From: an uncultured Candidatus Saccharibacteria bacterium
GTDB lineage: Bacteria > Patescibacteriota > Minisyncoccia > Phycocordibacterales > UBA918
Direction of reading: 5' to 3'
Length of the DNA stretch: 64,000 bases
Assembly (NCBI GenBank): GCA_964399295.1
Contig: CAYNQD010000001.1
Span: 7,013 to 71,012, forward strand
Shown: piece after piece, positions 37,340 to 45,948 of the stretch
How positions within the stretch are numbered: the stretch's first letter is position 1
Layout: every line of letters starts with the position of its first letter
Translations under genes and position numbers: made by a program
The notes under the pieces: model-generated
Told to the model about the DNA's origin: nothing
Databases searched by the model: none
The model's input: only the letters and a program-made list of their open reading frames with translations

Positions 37340-38242
37340 ATGGCAAATCGGCATCTTTCACGCAGTATCGTTCTTCAATCACTCTTTGAGTGGGATTTAA
37401 ATGTTATAGATAAAAAAGAAGTGGTTGGAGTTTTGGACAGAAATATTGAAGAATTTGCCCCCAACAAAACCGATAGGCCATTTATGGAAAAGCTTCTAAG
37501 CGGAGTTTTGAGCAAGCAGCCGGAATTGGATTTGGTAATCTCCAAAGCCGCTCCTGAATGGCCGATAGAACGAATCTCACCGGTTGATAGAAATATTCTC
37601 CGCTTAGGTCTTTATGAGCTTTTGTTTTCTGAACGCTCAGAAGTGCCGGCTAAAGTTGCTATCAATGAAGCTATTGAACTGGCCAAGCAGTTTGGCGGTG
37701 AAAATAGCAGCCGGTTCGTCAATGGTGTGCTCGGAGCTGTCTATAAAGAGATGGGAGAACCGGGGAAAGAGGAGGTGAGCAAAAACCGTAGAAAAGACAT
37801 TCCTTTTGACCAAATGCCGATTGAGCGTTTGTCTGGCGCGGTGGTGTATGCGGAAGAAGATGGGGAGATATATCTGGCTTTGGTGCACGATATTTTTGGT
37901 CACTGGACACTTTCCAAAAGCAAAGTCAGAGAGGAGGAGACAGTTGAGCAGGGAGCGGCTAGGGCTTTGCTGGAGGAAATCGGTCTGCCGGTAGAAATTG
38001 AGGCTGAATTGGGTAATAATGAATACATTGCCTCACAACCCGATCGCGGCAAGGTTCGCAAACAAGCGCATTATTTTTTGGCAAAAGCTCCCTATCAAGA
38101 GGTGCAATTACTAAAGAAAGGCGGGCTGGATGACGCCAAGTGGTTCCGTGTGGCGGACATTTTAGAATTGAATTTTTACGAGGATATTTTGCCAATCGTA
38201 ACCAAGGCCATCACCATGCTGGTTGGCAGACGCGGTAAATAA
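37340..38242 (+). CDS. nusB: NusB antitermination factor fused to a C-terminal Nudix hydrolase domain
   Basis: The N-terminal ~140 aa are a NusB fold (MANRHLSRSIVLQSLFEWDL..., RNILRLGLYELLF). The C-terminal ~150 aa carry a Nudix box GHWTLSKSKVREEETVEQGAARALLEEIGL (Gx5Ex7R(A/E)uxEExGu). An extended -10 TGgTATACT lies upstream. Confidence 0.65.
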   Translation: MANRHLSRSIVLQSLFEWDLNVIDKKEVVGVLDRNIEEFAPNKTDRPFMEKLLSGVLSKQPELDLVISKAAPEWPIERISPVDRNILRLGLYELLFSERSEVPAKVAINEAIELAKQFGGENSSRFVNGVLGAVYKEMGEPGKEEVSKNRRKDIPFDQMPIERLSGAVVYAEEDGEIYLALVHDIFGHWTLSKSKVREEETVEQGAARALLEEIGLPVEIEAELGNNEYIASQPDRGKVRKQAHYFLAKAPYQEVQLLKKGGLDDAKWFRVADILELNFYEDILPIVTKAITMLVGRRGK

Positions 38243-38279
38243 TGTTAATCTCCAAGTACTTTATTTGTGAGAATGATTT

Positions 38280-38990
38280 ATGGAAGAGCGAAATATAGAT
38301 ACTGATTTGCAAGCACTACAAAAAATTCTGGGCGTTGATTTTAAAGACGTGGCTTTGTTGCTGTCTGCCGTCACTCATCGTTCATATTTGAATGAACATC
38401 GGGAAGCTACTTGGGATCACAATGAGCGGTTGGAGTTTTTGGGGGACGCGGTTTTGGAATTGGCGGTGACGGATTTTCTTTTTCGCAAATACCCGGAAAA
38501 GCCGGAAGGTGAATTGACGGCGGTGCGCGCGGCCATTGTAAATACCAATTCTTTGTCTTCCGCCTCTGAGCAGCTGGATGTTAACCAATATTTGTTGATG
38601 TCTAAGGGTGAGGCTAAGGATGAAGGTAGAGCTAGACAATATATTTTGGCTAATGTTTTTGAGGCTTGTATTGGGGCGATATATTTGGATCAGGGTTATG
38701 AAAAAGCCTGTGAATTTATCACCGGTCGGCTACTGGGCAACACCGATGAAATCGTACAGAAGCGTTTGTGGCAGGATCCTAAGAGTCGTTTTCAGGAATT
38801 GGCACAAGAGAAAGCTTCTGTCACACCTACCTACGAAACCATTTCTCAGGACGGCCCAGATCATGATCGGGTTTTTACCGTTGGGGTTTTCTTGAGGCAT
38901 GAGAAAGTGGCGGAAGGTAAGGGGAGGTCAAAACAAGAAGCTGAGCAGCAGGCGGCTTTGCAGGCGGCTGTCGCTAAAGGTTGGGTTTAG
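38280..38990 (+). CDS. rnc: Ribonuclease III
   Basis: RNase III signature ERLEFLGDAVLELAVTDFLF. C-terminal dsRBD (KSRFQELAQEK...GKGRSKQEAEQQAA). Confidence 0.9.
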   Translation: MEERNIDTDLQALQKILGVDFKDVALLLSAVTHRSYLNEHREATWDHNERLEFLGDAVLELAVTDFLFRKYPEKPEGELTAVRAAIVNTNSLSSASEQLDVNQYLLMSKGEAKDEGRARQYILANVFEACIGAIYLDQGYEKACEFITGRLLGNTDEIVQKRLWQDPKSRFQELAQEKASVTPTYETISQDGPDHDRVFTVGVFLRHEKVAEGKGRSKQEAEQQAALQAAVAKGWV

Positions 38991-39058
38991 GGTTAGCGGG
39001 AAAAGTAAAAAGGGGCGCCGGCTTTGCCGGCGCCCCTTTTTACTTTTCCCGCTAACCA
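38991..39058. terminator. Exceptionally long perfect hairpin (32-bp stem, 3-nt loop) immediately after the rnc stop
   Basis: ggttagcgggaaaagtaaaaaggggcgccggc-ttt-gccggcgcccctttttacttttcccgctaacc. Probable intrinsic terminator/insulator. It forms a perfect dsRNA of RNase III substrate length. Confidence 0.55.
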
Positions 39059-39104
39059 CATCACCACCAATATAGACAATAGCCAGCATGCTATACTTTT
39101 ACGT

Positions 39105-39875
39105 ATGAATATTAGCTGGCGAAAGCTTTCAAATCAGCACGGCTTTACTTTAATCGAGATCTTGGTCGTGTTGTCTATCATTGGTATTTTGGTATCGGCC
39201 GTGATGTTTAACATGTCCGACAGTAGCAAGAAAGCTCGTGATTCCGAGCGCCAAGCCGACCTACGCAACATCCAAAGCGCGCTGGAGTTGTATAAAAACA
39301 AATATGGACGGTATCCAGAAGCGTGTACTCCTGCCAATTCCACAAACGCTCAAGGCTGGTCTGGACAGCCTGGAACTAATTTTGCCTGTCAGAGTCAGGT
39401 AAATAATTATATTCTAGGTAATGAGGTAGAGGGAAGATTGTTTTCTGAGTTTATACCGGTATTACCGACTGATCCTAAACTTAATTCCAGCACGCCCGGC
39501 ACTTCCGGTTACGTATATCGTACAAATGCGAATGGTACTGTATATAAATTGATGGCAATGCGAACGGTTGAGAGTGAGAAAGTTAATTATGGTCATCCAT
39601 TTAAAAGTTGCGATATAGTACCTGTTAACTCTAACGGTACAGGTTATCCAGACGGCGCAGGCCCAAATGATATTACCGTCGCCGGATGGTGTTCATACGT
39701 ACAAGTTTCAGGAATGAGTAATGGACCACAGCCGCACTGTAAGATGCAGGGTGATAATGGTAATGACGGAAGGTTTAGTAATTCCTATGGTCTTTGGGGA
39801 GGCTTTGAGCCTAAAAATAGTCTTGGTAATGATGCCTTGAGGTTTAGAGAAACTACCACCGTTATATGCAGGTAA
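39105..39875 (+). CDS. Type IV pilin-like protein (class III signal peptide, prepilin peptidase site G|FTLIE)
   Basis: MNISWRKLSNQHG|FTLIEILVVLSIIGIL: Gly-1, Phe+1, Glu+5 and the hydrophobic alpha1-N helix. The ORF-track start at 39024 lies inside the hairpin and is rejected. Confidence 0.65.
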   Translation: MNISWRKLSNQHGFTLIEILVVLSIIGILVSAVMFNMSDSSKKARDSERQADLRNIQSALELYKNKYGRYPEACTPANSTNAQGWSGQPGTNFACQSQVNNYILGNEVEGRLFSEFIPVLPTDPKLNSSTPGTSGYVYRTNANGTVYKLMAMRTVESEKVNYGHPFKSCDIVPVNSNGTGYPDGAGPNDITVAGWCSYVQVSGMSNGPQPHCKMQGDNGNDGRFSNSYGLWGGFEPKNSLGNDALRFRETTTVICR

Positions 39876-39887
39876 ATAAAATAGGTT

Positions 39888-40436
39888 ATGAATACAATTT
39901 TTAAAAAAGGATTTACTTTAATTGAACTTTTGGTCACGATAGCGATTATTTCCATACTGTCGGCCATCTTGTTTGTTAGTTTTGATGATGCTCGCAAGCA
40001 GGCGCGCGATAAGGCCAGAGTATCAGAATTAAAAGAAATGCAGTTGGCCTTGGAGCTATATAAGGCGCAAAATGGTCATTATCCAGAACAAGGTTGTGGC
40101 GTTGTTGGCGAATTTGCTGGTGTTGGCCCTGGTGGTACTGGCCTGGCTTCGTGTACTACTACTCCCTATATAACTGGCCTGACACCTGATTTTATAGCAA
40201 CCTTACCAATAGACAAAAAGTTTCAGAGTGAAGCGGGTAGAGGGTTTTATTATCGCACTAATGCTGATAGAAGTAGCTACAAATTGATGATTCACGAAGC
40301 GGTCGAATCTTTAACTGTCACCAGCTATAACGATAAATTCGCACGTTGTCCAAGATCATACTCCACCAGCCACTGCGGATCCACTCCGCCGCCCGATACT
40401 TACGCGGTTTTCAGTCGTGGAGCGGAGGATTGGTAA
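39888..40436 (+). CDS. Type IV pilin-like protein (second paralog)
   Basis: MNTIFKKG|FTLIELLVTIAIISIL, a canonical prepilin N-terminus. 182 aa. Confidence 0.7.
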   Translation: MNTIFKKGFTLIELLVTIAIISILSAILFVSFDDARKQARDKARVSELKEMQLALELYKAQNGHYPEQGCGVVGEFAGVGPGGTGLASCTTTPYITGLTPDFIATLPIDKKFQSEAGRGFYYRTNADRSSYKLMIHEAVESLTVTSYNDKFARCPRSYSTSHCGSTPPPDTYAVFSRGAEDW

Positions 40437-40448
40437 AAAATAAGCACG

Positions 40449-42710
40449 ATGTACCTAAAAGAACTAACGATTTCAGGTTTTAAATCTTTCGCTAAAAAAA
40501 GCGAGTTGGGTTTTTCGGCGCCGATTACGGCGATTGTTGGCCCGAATGGTTCGGGTAAGAGCAATGTGGCCGAGTCGTTTCGCTTTGTGCTCGGTGAACA
40601 ATCGGTCAAATCTATGCGTGGCAAAAGAGGTGAGGATTTGATTTGGGGCGGCTCGGCTGATGTCTCACGCGGCAATCGCGCGGTGGTAACAATTTTGTTG
40701 GACAACGGCAAGAGGGTGTTTCCGCTCGATTTTGACGAAGTCAAAATCGAGCGAGTCGTGCATCGTGATGGACAAAATGAGTATTTGCTCAATGGGTCAA
40801 CCGTACGCCTAAAAGATATCCAGGAACTTTTGGCCTCAGCCAATATCGGTTCCACCGGACACCATATTATTTCCCAAGGCGAGGCGGATAGAATTTTGAG
40901 CGCCAATAGCAAGGAGCGTCGGGAGATGATCGAAGACGCTCTGGGCTTAAAAATTTATCAATACAAAAGACAGGAATCAGAAAAAAAGTTAAACAAAACG
41001 CTGGAGAATGTCGCTCAGGTGGCGCTATTGCGGCGGGAAGCGGCTCCGCATTTAAAATATTTGGAAAGACAAATTCAGAAAATAGAAAAATCTCTGGAAC
41101 TGCAAGCGGAACTAAAAAATGTTTATGCCGAGTACTTGCGGCGGGAGGATACATACATTGCTTATCATCATGATTTGCTAATAAATAAGCGCCGCGAACC
41201 GGAAGCAGGGTTGAAAGCCGCTAATCAGGAATTGGAAGCGGCCAAGAAAATTTTACGAGAATCTGAATCCAAGCAAGACTTGGAGCCTTTTGTGCAAGCG
41301 GAAGAAGCGGTAAAAGTAGCCACCGAGAATCGGCAGAAGTTGGAAAGGGAATATAGCAAATACGAGGGACAGATTTTTTTACTGGAAAGGAGACTAAAAG
41401 ATTATGAAAAACAAGCCAAAGCCAGTGAGGGGAAAGCTGTTCCTTATGCTGAGATGGTGGCTTTGATCAGAAATATTGAACAACAAGTTGAAAAAGCCAC
41501 GCAAAAAAATGAAGTGTCATACCTTCATCGAACCTTGACCGATATCGTTCATCGGCTTAAATTGTTTATAGAAAAGTCTGAGGTAAAAACCGACAGTACC
41601 AAGGATTTTGACCAAGAGGAACTCAGTCGCTTGAATAAGGAATTGGAAAAAATAGTGAAAGAGCTGGAGAGAGCCAAGGAAGGAGAAACTGGAGCGAAAA
41701 ATGCTTATTTTGAATTTGAGCAAAGAAGAACCAAAGAAGCCACTGACGGCCGAGAGGCGGAGCGGGCGGTTTTTCGTTTGGTGGGCCAGAGTCGGGAATT
41801 GGAAAATGTGATTGAAAAGATTGATCGGGAGTTGGCGGTATTGGATAGGGACAGGCAGGAATTTAAGCGGGAGCTGCAAGAAGCGGTGGCGCTTTTGGGG
41901 CGGGCGGCTGCTCAGTATTATGAGTTTGCGATTAAGGACGAGAGCGGGGCCGACGTCGCCGTTGAAAAAATCGTGTCTGAAGATCGGAGCGAACAACGGC
42001 GACGTCGGCACGAACTTGAAAAACTAAAAATTCGCCTAGAGGAAATGGGAGTAGGAGCCACCGACGATATTATGAAAGAATACAAGGAAGCTAAAGAAAG
42101 GGATAATTTCTTGGCGCATGAGATTGCCGACTTAGAAACCTCAATTGAAAAATTAAGGGAGCTCATTAAGGATTTGGAAGAAAAACTGGAAGAACAGTTT
42201 GTGGTGGGGATAGAGAAAATTTCCTCAGAATTTAGCCGATTCTTCACCTTGATGTTTGGCGGCGGCGAAGCTAAGCTGGAAAAAGTAGCCACCAAAAACA
42301 ATGAAATGGACGAAAATTTTGCCGATGAAGACGAGGCGACGAATAATTCAAAGGAAAAGGGAATTGAACTTTCGGTCAAGCTGCCAAACAAACGCGTGAA
42401 AGGTTTGGAGATGCTTTCCGGCGGCGAGCGCGCGCTTACTTCCATTGCACTCATTTTTGCCATGAGCCAAGTCAATCCACCACCTTTTATTATTCTCGAC
42501 GAAACCGACGCGGCCTTAGATGAAGCCAACAGCCGCCGCTACGGCGACATGATTGAAGAATTGGCCAAGCGTTCACAGTTGATTCTCATTACCCACAACC
42601 GCGAGACTATGAGCCGCGCAGGCGTACTTTATGGAGTCACTATGGGTGGTGACGGCGTGTCCAAGCTTTTGTCAGTAAAGCTGGATGAAGCGGTGGCGGT
42701 GGCAAAATAA
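40449..42710 (+). CDS. smc: SMC-family ATPase, short form (753 aa; head domains plus coiled coil, no evident hinge)
   Basis: N-terminal head with Walker A (ISGFKSFAKKSELGFSAPITAIVGPNGSGKSNV). C-terminal signature LSGGERALTSIALIFAM and Walker B FIILDETDAALD. The ~430-aa central region is coiled-coil-like. Only 12 nt after the second pilin gene. Confidence 0.65.
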   Translation: MYLKELTISGFKSFAKKSELGFSAPITAIVGPNGSGKSNVAESFRFVLGEQSVKSMRGKRGEDLIWGGSADVSRGNRAVVTILLDNGKRVFPLDFDEVKIERVVHRDGQNEYLLNGSTVRLKDIQELLASANIGSTGHHIISQGEADRILSANSKERREMIEDALGLKIYQYKRQESEKKLNKTLENVAQVALLRREAAPHLKYLERQIQKIEKSLELQAELKNVYAEYLRREDTYIAYHHDLLINKRREPEAGLKAANQELEAAKKILRESESKQDLEPFVQAEEAVKVATENRQKLEREYSKYEGQIFLLERRLKDYEKQAKASEGKAVPYAEMVALIRNIEQQVEKATQKNEVSYLHRTLTDIVHRLKLFIEKSEVKTDSTKDFDQEELSRLNKELEKIVKELERAKEGETGAKNAYFEFEQRRTKEATDGREAERAVFRLVGQSRELENVIEKIDRELAVLDRDRQEFKRELQEAVALLGRAAAQYYEFAIKDESGADVAVEKIVSEDRSEQRRRRHELEKLKIRLEEMGVGATDDIMKEYKEAKERDNFLAHEIADLETSIEKLRELIKDLEEKLEEQFVVGIEKISSEFSRFFTLMFGGGEAKLEKVATKNNEMDENFADEDEATNNSKEKGIELSVKLPNKRVKGLEMLSGGERALTSIALIFAMSQVNPPPFIILDETDAALDEANSRRYGDMIEELAKRSQLILITHNRETMSRAGVLYGVTMGGDGVSKLLSVKLDEAVAVAK

Positions 42711-42751
42711 AATGAGCCAACGAGCGAAGCGACTATGGCGAATTTTGTTCC

Positions 42752-42777
42752 CGATTTGCCCTTCTCCGGGCAAATCG
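42752..42777. terminator. Hairpin between convergent smc-like and rnr genes
   Basis: 10-bp stem cgatttgccc / gggcaaatcg, loop ttctcc. No strong U-tract, so terminator function is tentative. Confidence 0.35.
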
Positions 42778-42902
42778 CTGGAACTCGCGGTTTATAATTA
42801 TTATGAAATCTAAATAGCAGTGTTTCGCCAGTAATTTTTCCTCCCAGAAAAATTATCGGCAAACACACTACAAACCCATAGAATAAACATTAAAGTTTTC
42901 GG

Positions 42903-44846
42903 CTACCCGACAAGCTCAAAATCCAGCTGCCTTTCGTCTTTGTCGGCGCGAATGAGTTTGACTTTGACTGGATCACCAAGACGGTAGATTTTGCCGGTTT
43001 TTTGGCCTTTGATGTGATATTTGCTGGCTTCATGTTCAAAGTAGTCGCTTTTAATGCTGGCTAGGCGCACCATGCCGTCGGCGAGAGTGGTGGACTCCTG
43101 CACGTAGATACCCCAATCAGCGGTGCCGGTAATCACGCCTTCAAAGATATCACCGATTTTGTTCATCAGGTATTCCACTTGTTTGAATTTGATGGAATCA
43201 CGTTCGGCTGATACCGCTTCCATTTCTCGCTGTGAAGATTTTATGGACATTTGTTCAAACTTGGCTAATTCTTTAGGTCCAATGACAGAACCATCAAGGT
43301 GTCTTCTCAGCATGCGGTGAGCCATCATATCGGGGTAGCGGCGGATAGGGGAAGTGAAGTGAGTGTAATATTTGAAAGCCAGGCCAAAGTGACCGATGTT
43401 TTTAGTGGAATACACCGCCTTGGCCATGGAGCGAATGGTTGCGGTCTTGATGAGGTTTTCTTCCGGTTTTCCTTTTACCGCTTTTAGGAGATTGTTTATG
43501 GCTGTGGCTTTCACTGAGCCTTTGTGCACTTCAAATTCATAGCCAATAGCCCGCAGGAAAATACCCAGCTCCTCGAGTTTGTCTGGATTGGGCGTATCGT
43601 GAATACGGTAAATAAAGGCTAGTTCTCGTCCTTTGTCTCTGGCTAGATTGTAGATGTGGGTCGCTACTTCACGATTGGCTAGGAGCATAAAATCTTCAAT
43701 CATGAGCATGGTCTCAGTGCGGACCTTTGCGTAGGCACGAATCGGTGCGCCGCGTTCGTCCAGCTCAAATTTTACTTCCGGCTGCTCAAAAGCAATCGCT
43801 CCGTTGGCGTAGCGTTTTTGGCGCAACTTTCGCCCTAAGTTCATTAGGGTTTGCAATTCAGATAAATTGGGGCCTTCAGCCTTATCCAACACCTCCTGAG
43901 CTTCTTCATAACTAAAGCGTTTGTTGGAGTGAATGACGGTCTGTCCATACCATGCTTTTTCAATCTGTGCCTCGGGAGTGAGTTCAAAGACAGCGGAAAA
44001 AGCCAGACGGTCTTCGTTGGGGCGCAGGGAGCATAAGTCATTTGATAATACTTCCGGTAGCATGGGAATTACCCGATCAACCAAATAGACGGAAGTTGCT
44101 CTTTCCTTAGCTTCCATGTCGATATCGTCGTTGTCTTGAACATAATGCGAGACATCAGCGATATGAATGCCGACTTCGATATTGCCCGACGGCAGAAGCT
44201 GGCAGGACAGAGCATCATCAAAATCCTTGGCATCAGCCGGATCAATTGTCATGGTGGTGATAGCGCGCATATCTTTGCGCTTTGGGTCTTTCAGAGCTTC
44301 AGCAAAAATTTGTTCTTTTTCGGAAAAGATTTTTTGCGCGGCATTTTGGACTGATTCAGGAAAGGTTTTGGAAAAACCACCACTGCGAATAATCGCTTGC
44401 ATTTCGGTTTCGTGGTCGCCCGCGCGACCGAGAGTTTCGATTATTTTTGCTAGAGGGTCGAGAAGTGGCTGTGTCCATTTGGTAATTTCAATTACCACTT
44501 TCATACCTAAATCGCTCGCGGTGGCTTCCGGCAAAAGCGGCCGGATGTGGATACGGCTGTTGTCGGGGGCCAGATATTTTATTGTCTTGCCGTCTATTTG
44601 TTTTTCTTTGACGTTGCCGATGAGTTCGCGGAAGGCCGGCTTAACTATTTCCAAAACTTCGCCCTCCTGTCTTTTTCCAGGAATTTTCTTTCTTAATTTG
44701 ATTTTGACGATGTCGCCATCGAGCGCGAAGCCCAAGGCTTCGCGCTCGATTAAAATATCCTCAGTGAACTCTGGATGATTTACAAAACCTATTCCTTTGC
44801 CTCGGACCATAATCGGCCCTTCATAATTTGTTTCAAGCTTATTCAT
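42903..44846 (-). CDS. rnr: Ribonuclease R (RNase II/R family, RNB domain plus C-terminal S1)
   Basis: RNB catalytic region (PEVLSNDLCSLRP; HFGL..YYTHFTSPIRRYPD). C-terminal S1 domain (GDIFEGVITGTADWGIYVQ). I prefer the first ATG at 44846; the 45044 start would overlap divergent rpsP and its promoter. Confidence 0.85.
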   Translation of the reverse strand: MNKLETNYEGPIMVRGKGIGFVNHPEFTEDILIEREALGFALDGDIVKIKLRKKIPGKRQEGEVLEIVKPAFRELIGNVKEKQIDGKTIKYLAPDNSRIHIRPLLPEATASDLGMKVVIEITKWTQPLLDPLAKIIETLGRAGDHETEMQAIIRSGGFSKTFPESVQNAAQKIFSEKEQIFAEALKDPKRKDMRAITTMTIDPADAKDFDDALSCQLLPSGNIEVGIHIADVSHYVQDNDDIDMEAKERATSVYLVDRVIPMLPEVLSNDLCSLRPNEDRLAFSAVFELTPEAQIEKAWYGQTVIHSNKRFSYEEAQEVLDKAEGPNLSELQTLMNLGRKLRQKRYANGAIAFEQPEVKFELDERGAPIRAYAKVRTETMLMIEDFMLLANREVATHIYNLARDKGRELAFIYRIHDTPNPDKLEELGIFLRAIGYEFEVHKGSVKATAINNLLKAVKGKPEENLIKTATIRSMAKAVYSTKNIGHFGLAFKYYTHFTSPIRRYPDMMAHRMLRRHLDGSVIGPKELAKFEQMSIKSSQREMEAVSAERDSIKFKQVEYLMNKIGDIFEGVITGTADWGIYVQESTTLADGMVRLASIKSDYFEHEASKYHIKGQKTGKIYRLGDPVKVKLIRADKDERQLDFELVG

Positions 44847-44913
44847 AAGGGCCAGTATAGCATTGCCTATTGAAATTGGCACTGTTTTCGCGTGATATAC
44901 CGAAGGCGGACTA

Positions 44914-44942
44914 TTGACCAAATCTAATCTATCTGCTAATCT
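44914..44942 (+). promoter_or_regulatory. Sigma-70-type promoter for rpsP (TTGACC-17-TAATCT)
   Basis: Lies inside the 5' over-extended ORF-track call (its TTG start is the first 3 nt of the -35), supporting the shorter rpsP start. Confidence 0.4.
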
Positions 44943-44958
44943 AGCCCCACTTATGTTA

Positions 44959-45366
44959 ATGATGCGTTTACAAAGAGTTGGTCGTAAAAATGACCCTTCA
45001 TATCGAATTGTGGTGGTTGATAAAAGAACCGGCCCTAAGAGCAATAAGCATATTGACCATCTTGGTTTTTATAGTCCCAAGCTAGGCAAGATTCAGATTG
45101 ATGGAGAAAAAGCCAAGCATTGGCTGAGTCATGGCGTGCAGGCTTCCGGCACGGTACACAATATGCTGGTGTCACAGAAGGTGATTGAAGGCAAGAAAAT
45201 AAATGTTCTACCTAGGAAGTCTCCAATCATCGACGAAGCCAAGCTGAAGGCAGAAGCGGAAGCCAAGGCCAAAGCTGGGGCTGATAAAGCCACCGCTGAA
45301 GCCAAAGCCAAAGAAGCCGAGCCTGATACGACAGAGACTCCAGAAGCAGAAGTCGTAGCTGCTTAA
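44959..45366 (+). CDS. rpsP: 30S ribosomal protein S16 with Ala/Lys/Glu-rich C-terminal extension
   Basis: MMRLQRVGRKNDPSYRIVVVD matches the S16 N-terminus (MVxIRLxRxG). C-terminal KAEAEAKAKAGADKATAEAKAKEAE low-complexity tail. Confidence 0.82.
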   Translation: MMRLQRVGRKNDPSYRIVVVDKRTGPKSNKHIDHLGFYSPKLGKIQIDGEKAKHWLSHGVQASGTVHNMLVSQKVIEGKKINVLPRKSPIIDEAKLKAEAEAKAKAGADKATAEAKAKEAEPDTTETPEAEVVAA

Positions 45367-45395
45367 ACCCGTCCTCAGGCTGGAATTTGTACAAA

Positions 45396-45456
45396 CAACA
45401 CCCGTGTGCATATACACGGGTGTTGTGTTGACGTGGACGGAGGGTTTCCGTATTAT
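45396..45456 (+). promoter_or_regulatory. Terminator-like hairpin after rpsP followed by promoter TTGACG-17-TATTAT for the KH-domain gene
   Basis: Stem aacacccgtgtg / cacgggtgtt (45396-45425), then -35 at 45428-45433 and -10 at 45451-45456. Confidence 0.4.
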
Positions 45457-45515
45457 TACTTAAGCAACGCCGAGTTTTGGCGCATGCTTACCAGAATAGC
45501 TAAGAATTTGATTTT

Positions 45516-45869
45516 ATGGATACGCACGAAGATAAGCAGTTTCTAGAGTCGCTTGTAAAAGCGCTTGTTGATCATCCGGAAAGTGTAAGAATCAATCGCA
45601 CCGTAGACGAAATGGGCGTACTTCTTACTCTTGACGTGCATGCTGAGGACATGGGCAAGATTATCGGTCGCTCTGGCAATACCGCCAAGGCTATCCGTAC
45701 TCTCTTGCGAGTGGTGGGAATGAAGCATGACGCTCGGGTCAATCTAAAGATTAATGAACCAGAAGGTGGCCGCGGCATGAATCAAGAAATGTCTGATGCC
45801 ATGAGTGAAGATAATCCGGTCATGGAGCCAAAGTCCCTGGATCAAGCGATTGAGGACTTGAAGATATAG
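45516..45869 (+). CDS. KH-domain RNA-binding protein (UPF0109/YlqC-like, conserved partner of rpsP)
   Basis: KH GxxG loop context MGKIIGRSGNTAKAIRTL. Positional conservation rpsP-KH-(rimM)-trmD. Confidence 0.72.
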   Translation: MDTHEDKQFLESLVKALVDHPESVRINRTVDEMGVLLTLDVHAEDMGKIIGRSGNTAKAIRTLLRVVGMKHDARVNLKINEPEGGRGMNQEMSDAMSEDNPVMEPKSLDQAIEDLKI

Positions 45870-45948
45870 TTTTAGGTTTGGGTAAAGGAAACAAAACCAT
45901 CACCGGCTCCAAGTCGGTTGTGGTTTTTTTTATGTTATAATCCACTTA

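Noticed and set aside
39024-39104. Pilin gene start at 39024 as in the ORF track
   Set aside because: That start lies inside the right arm of the 32-bp terminator hairpin and adds 27 non-pilin-like residues. The ATG at 39105 gives a canonical 13-aa prepilin leader.
41517-42529. Minus-strand ORFs of 164 and 203 aa inside the smc-like gene, and similar antisense ORFs inside rpoB, rpoC, dnaE and rnr
   Set aside because: They are fully contained in conserved, motif-bearing genes on the other strand. Their compositions are biased (S/L/F-rich) and they carry no motifs.
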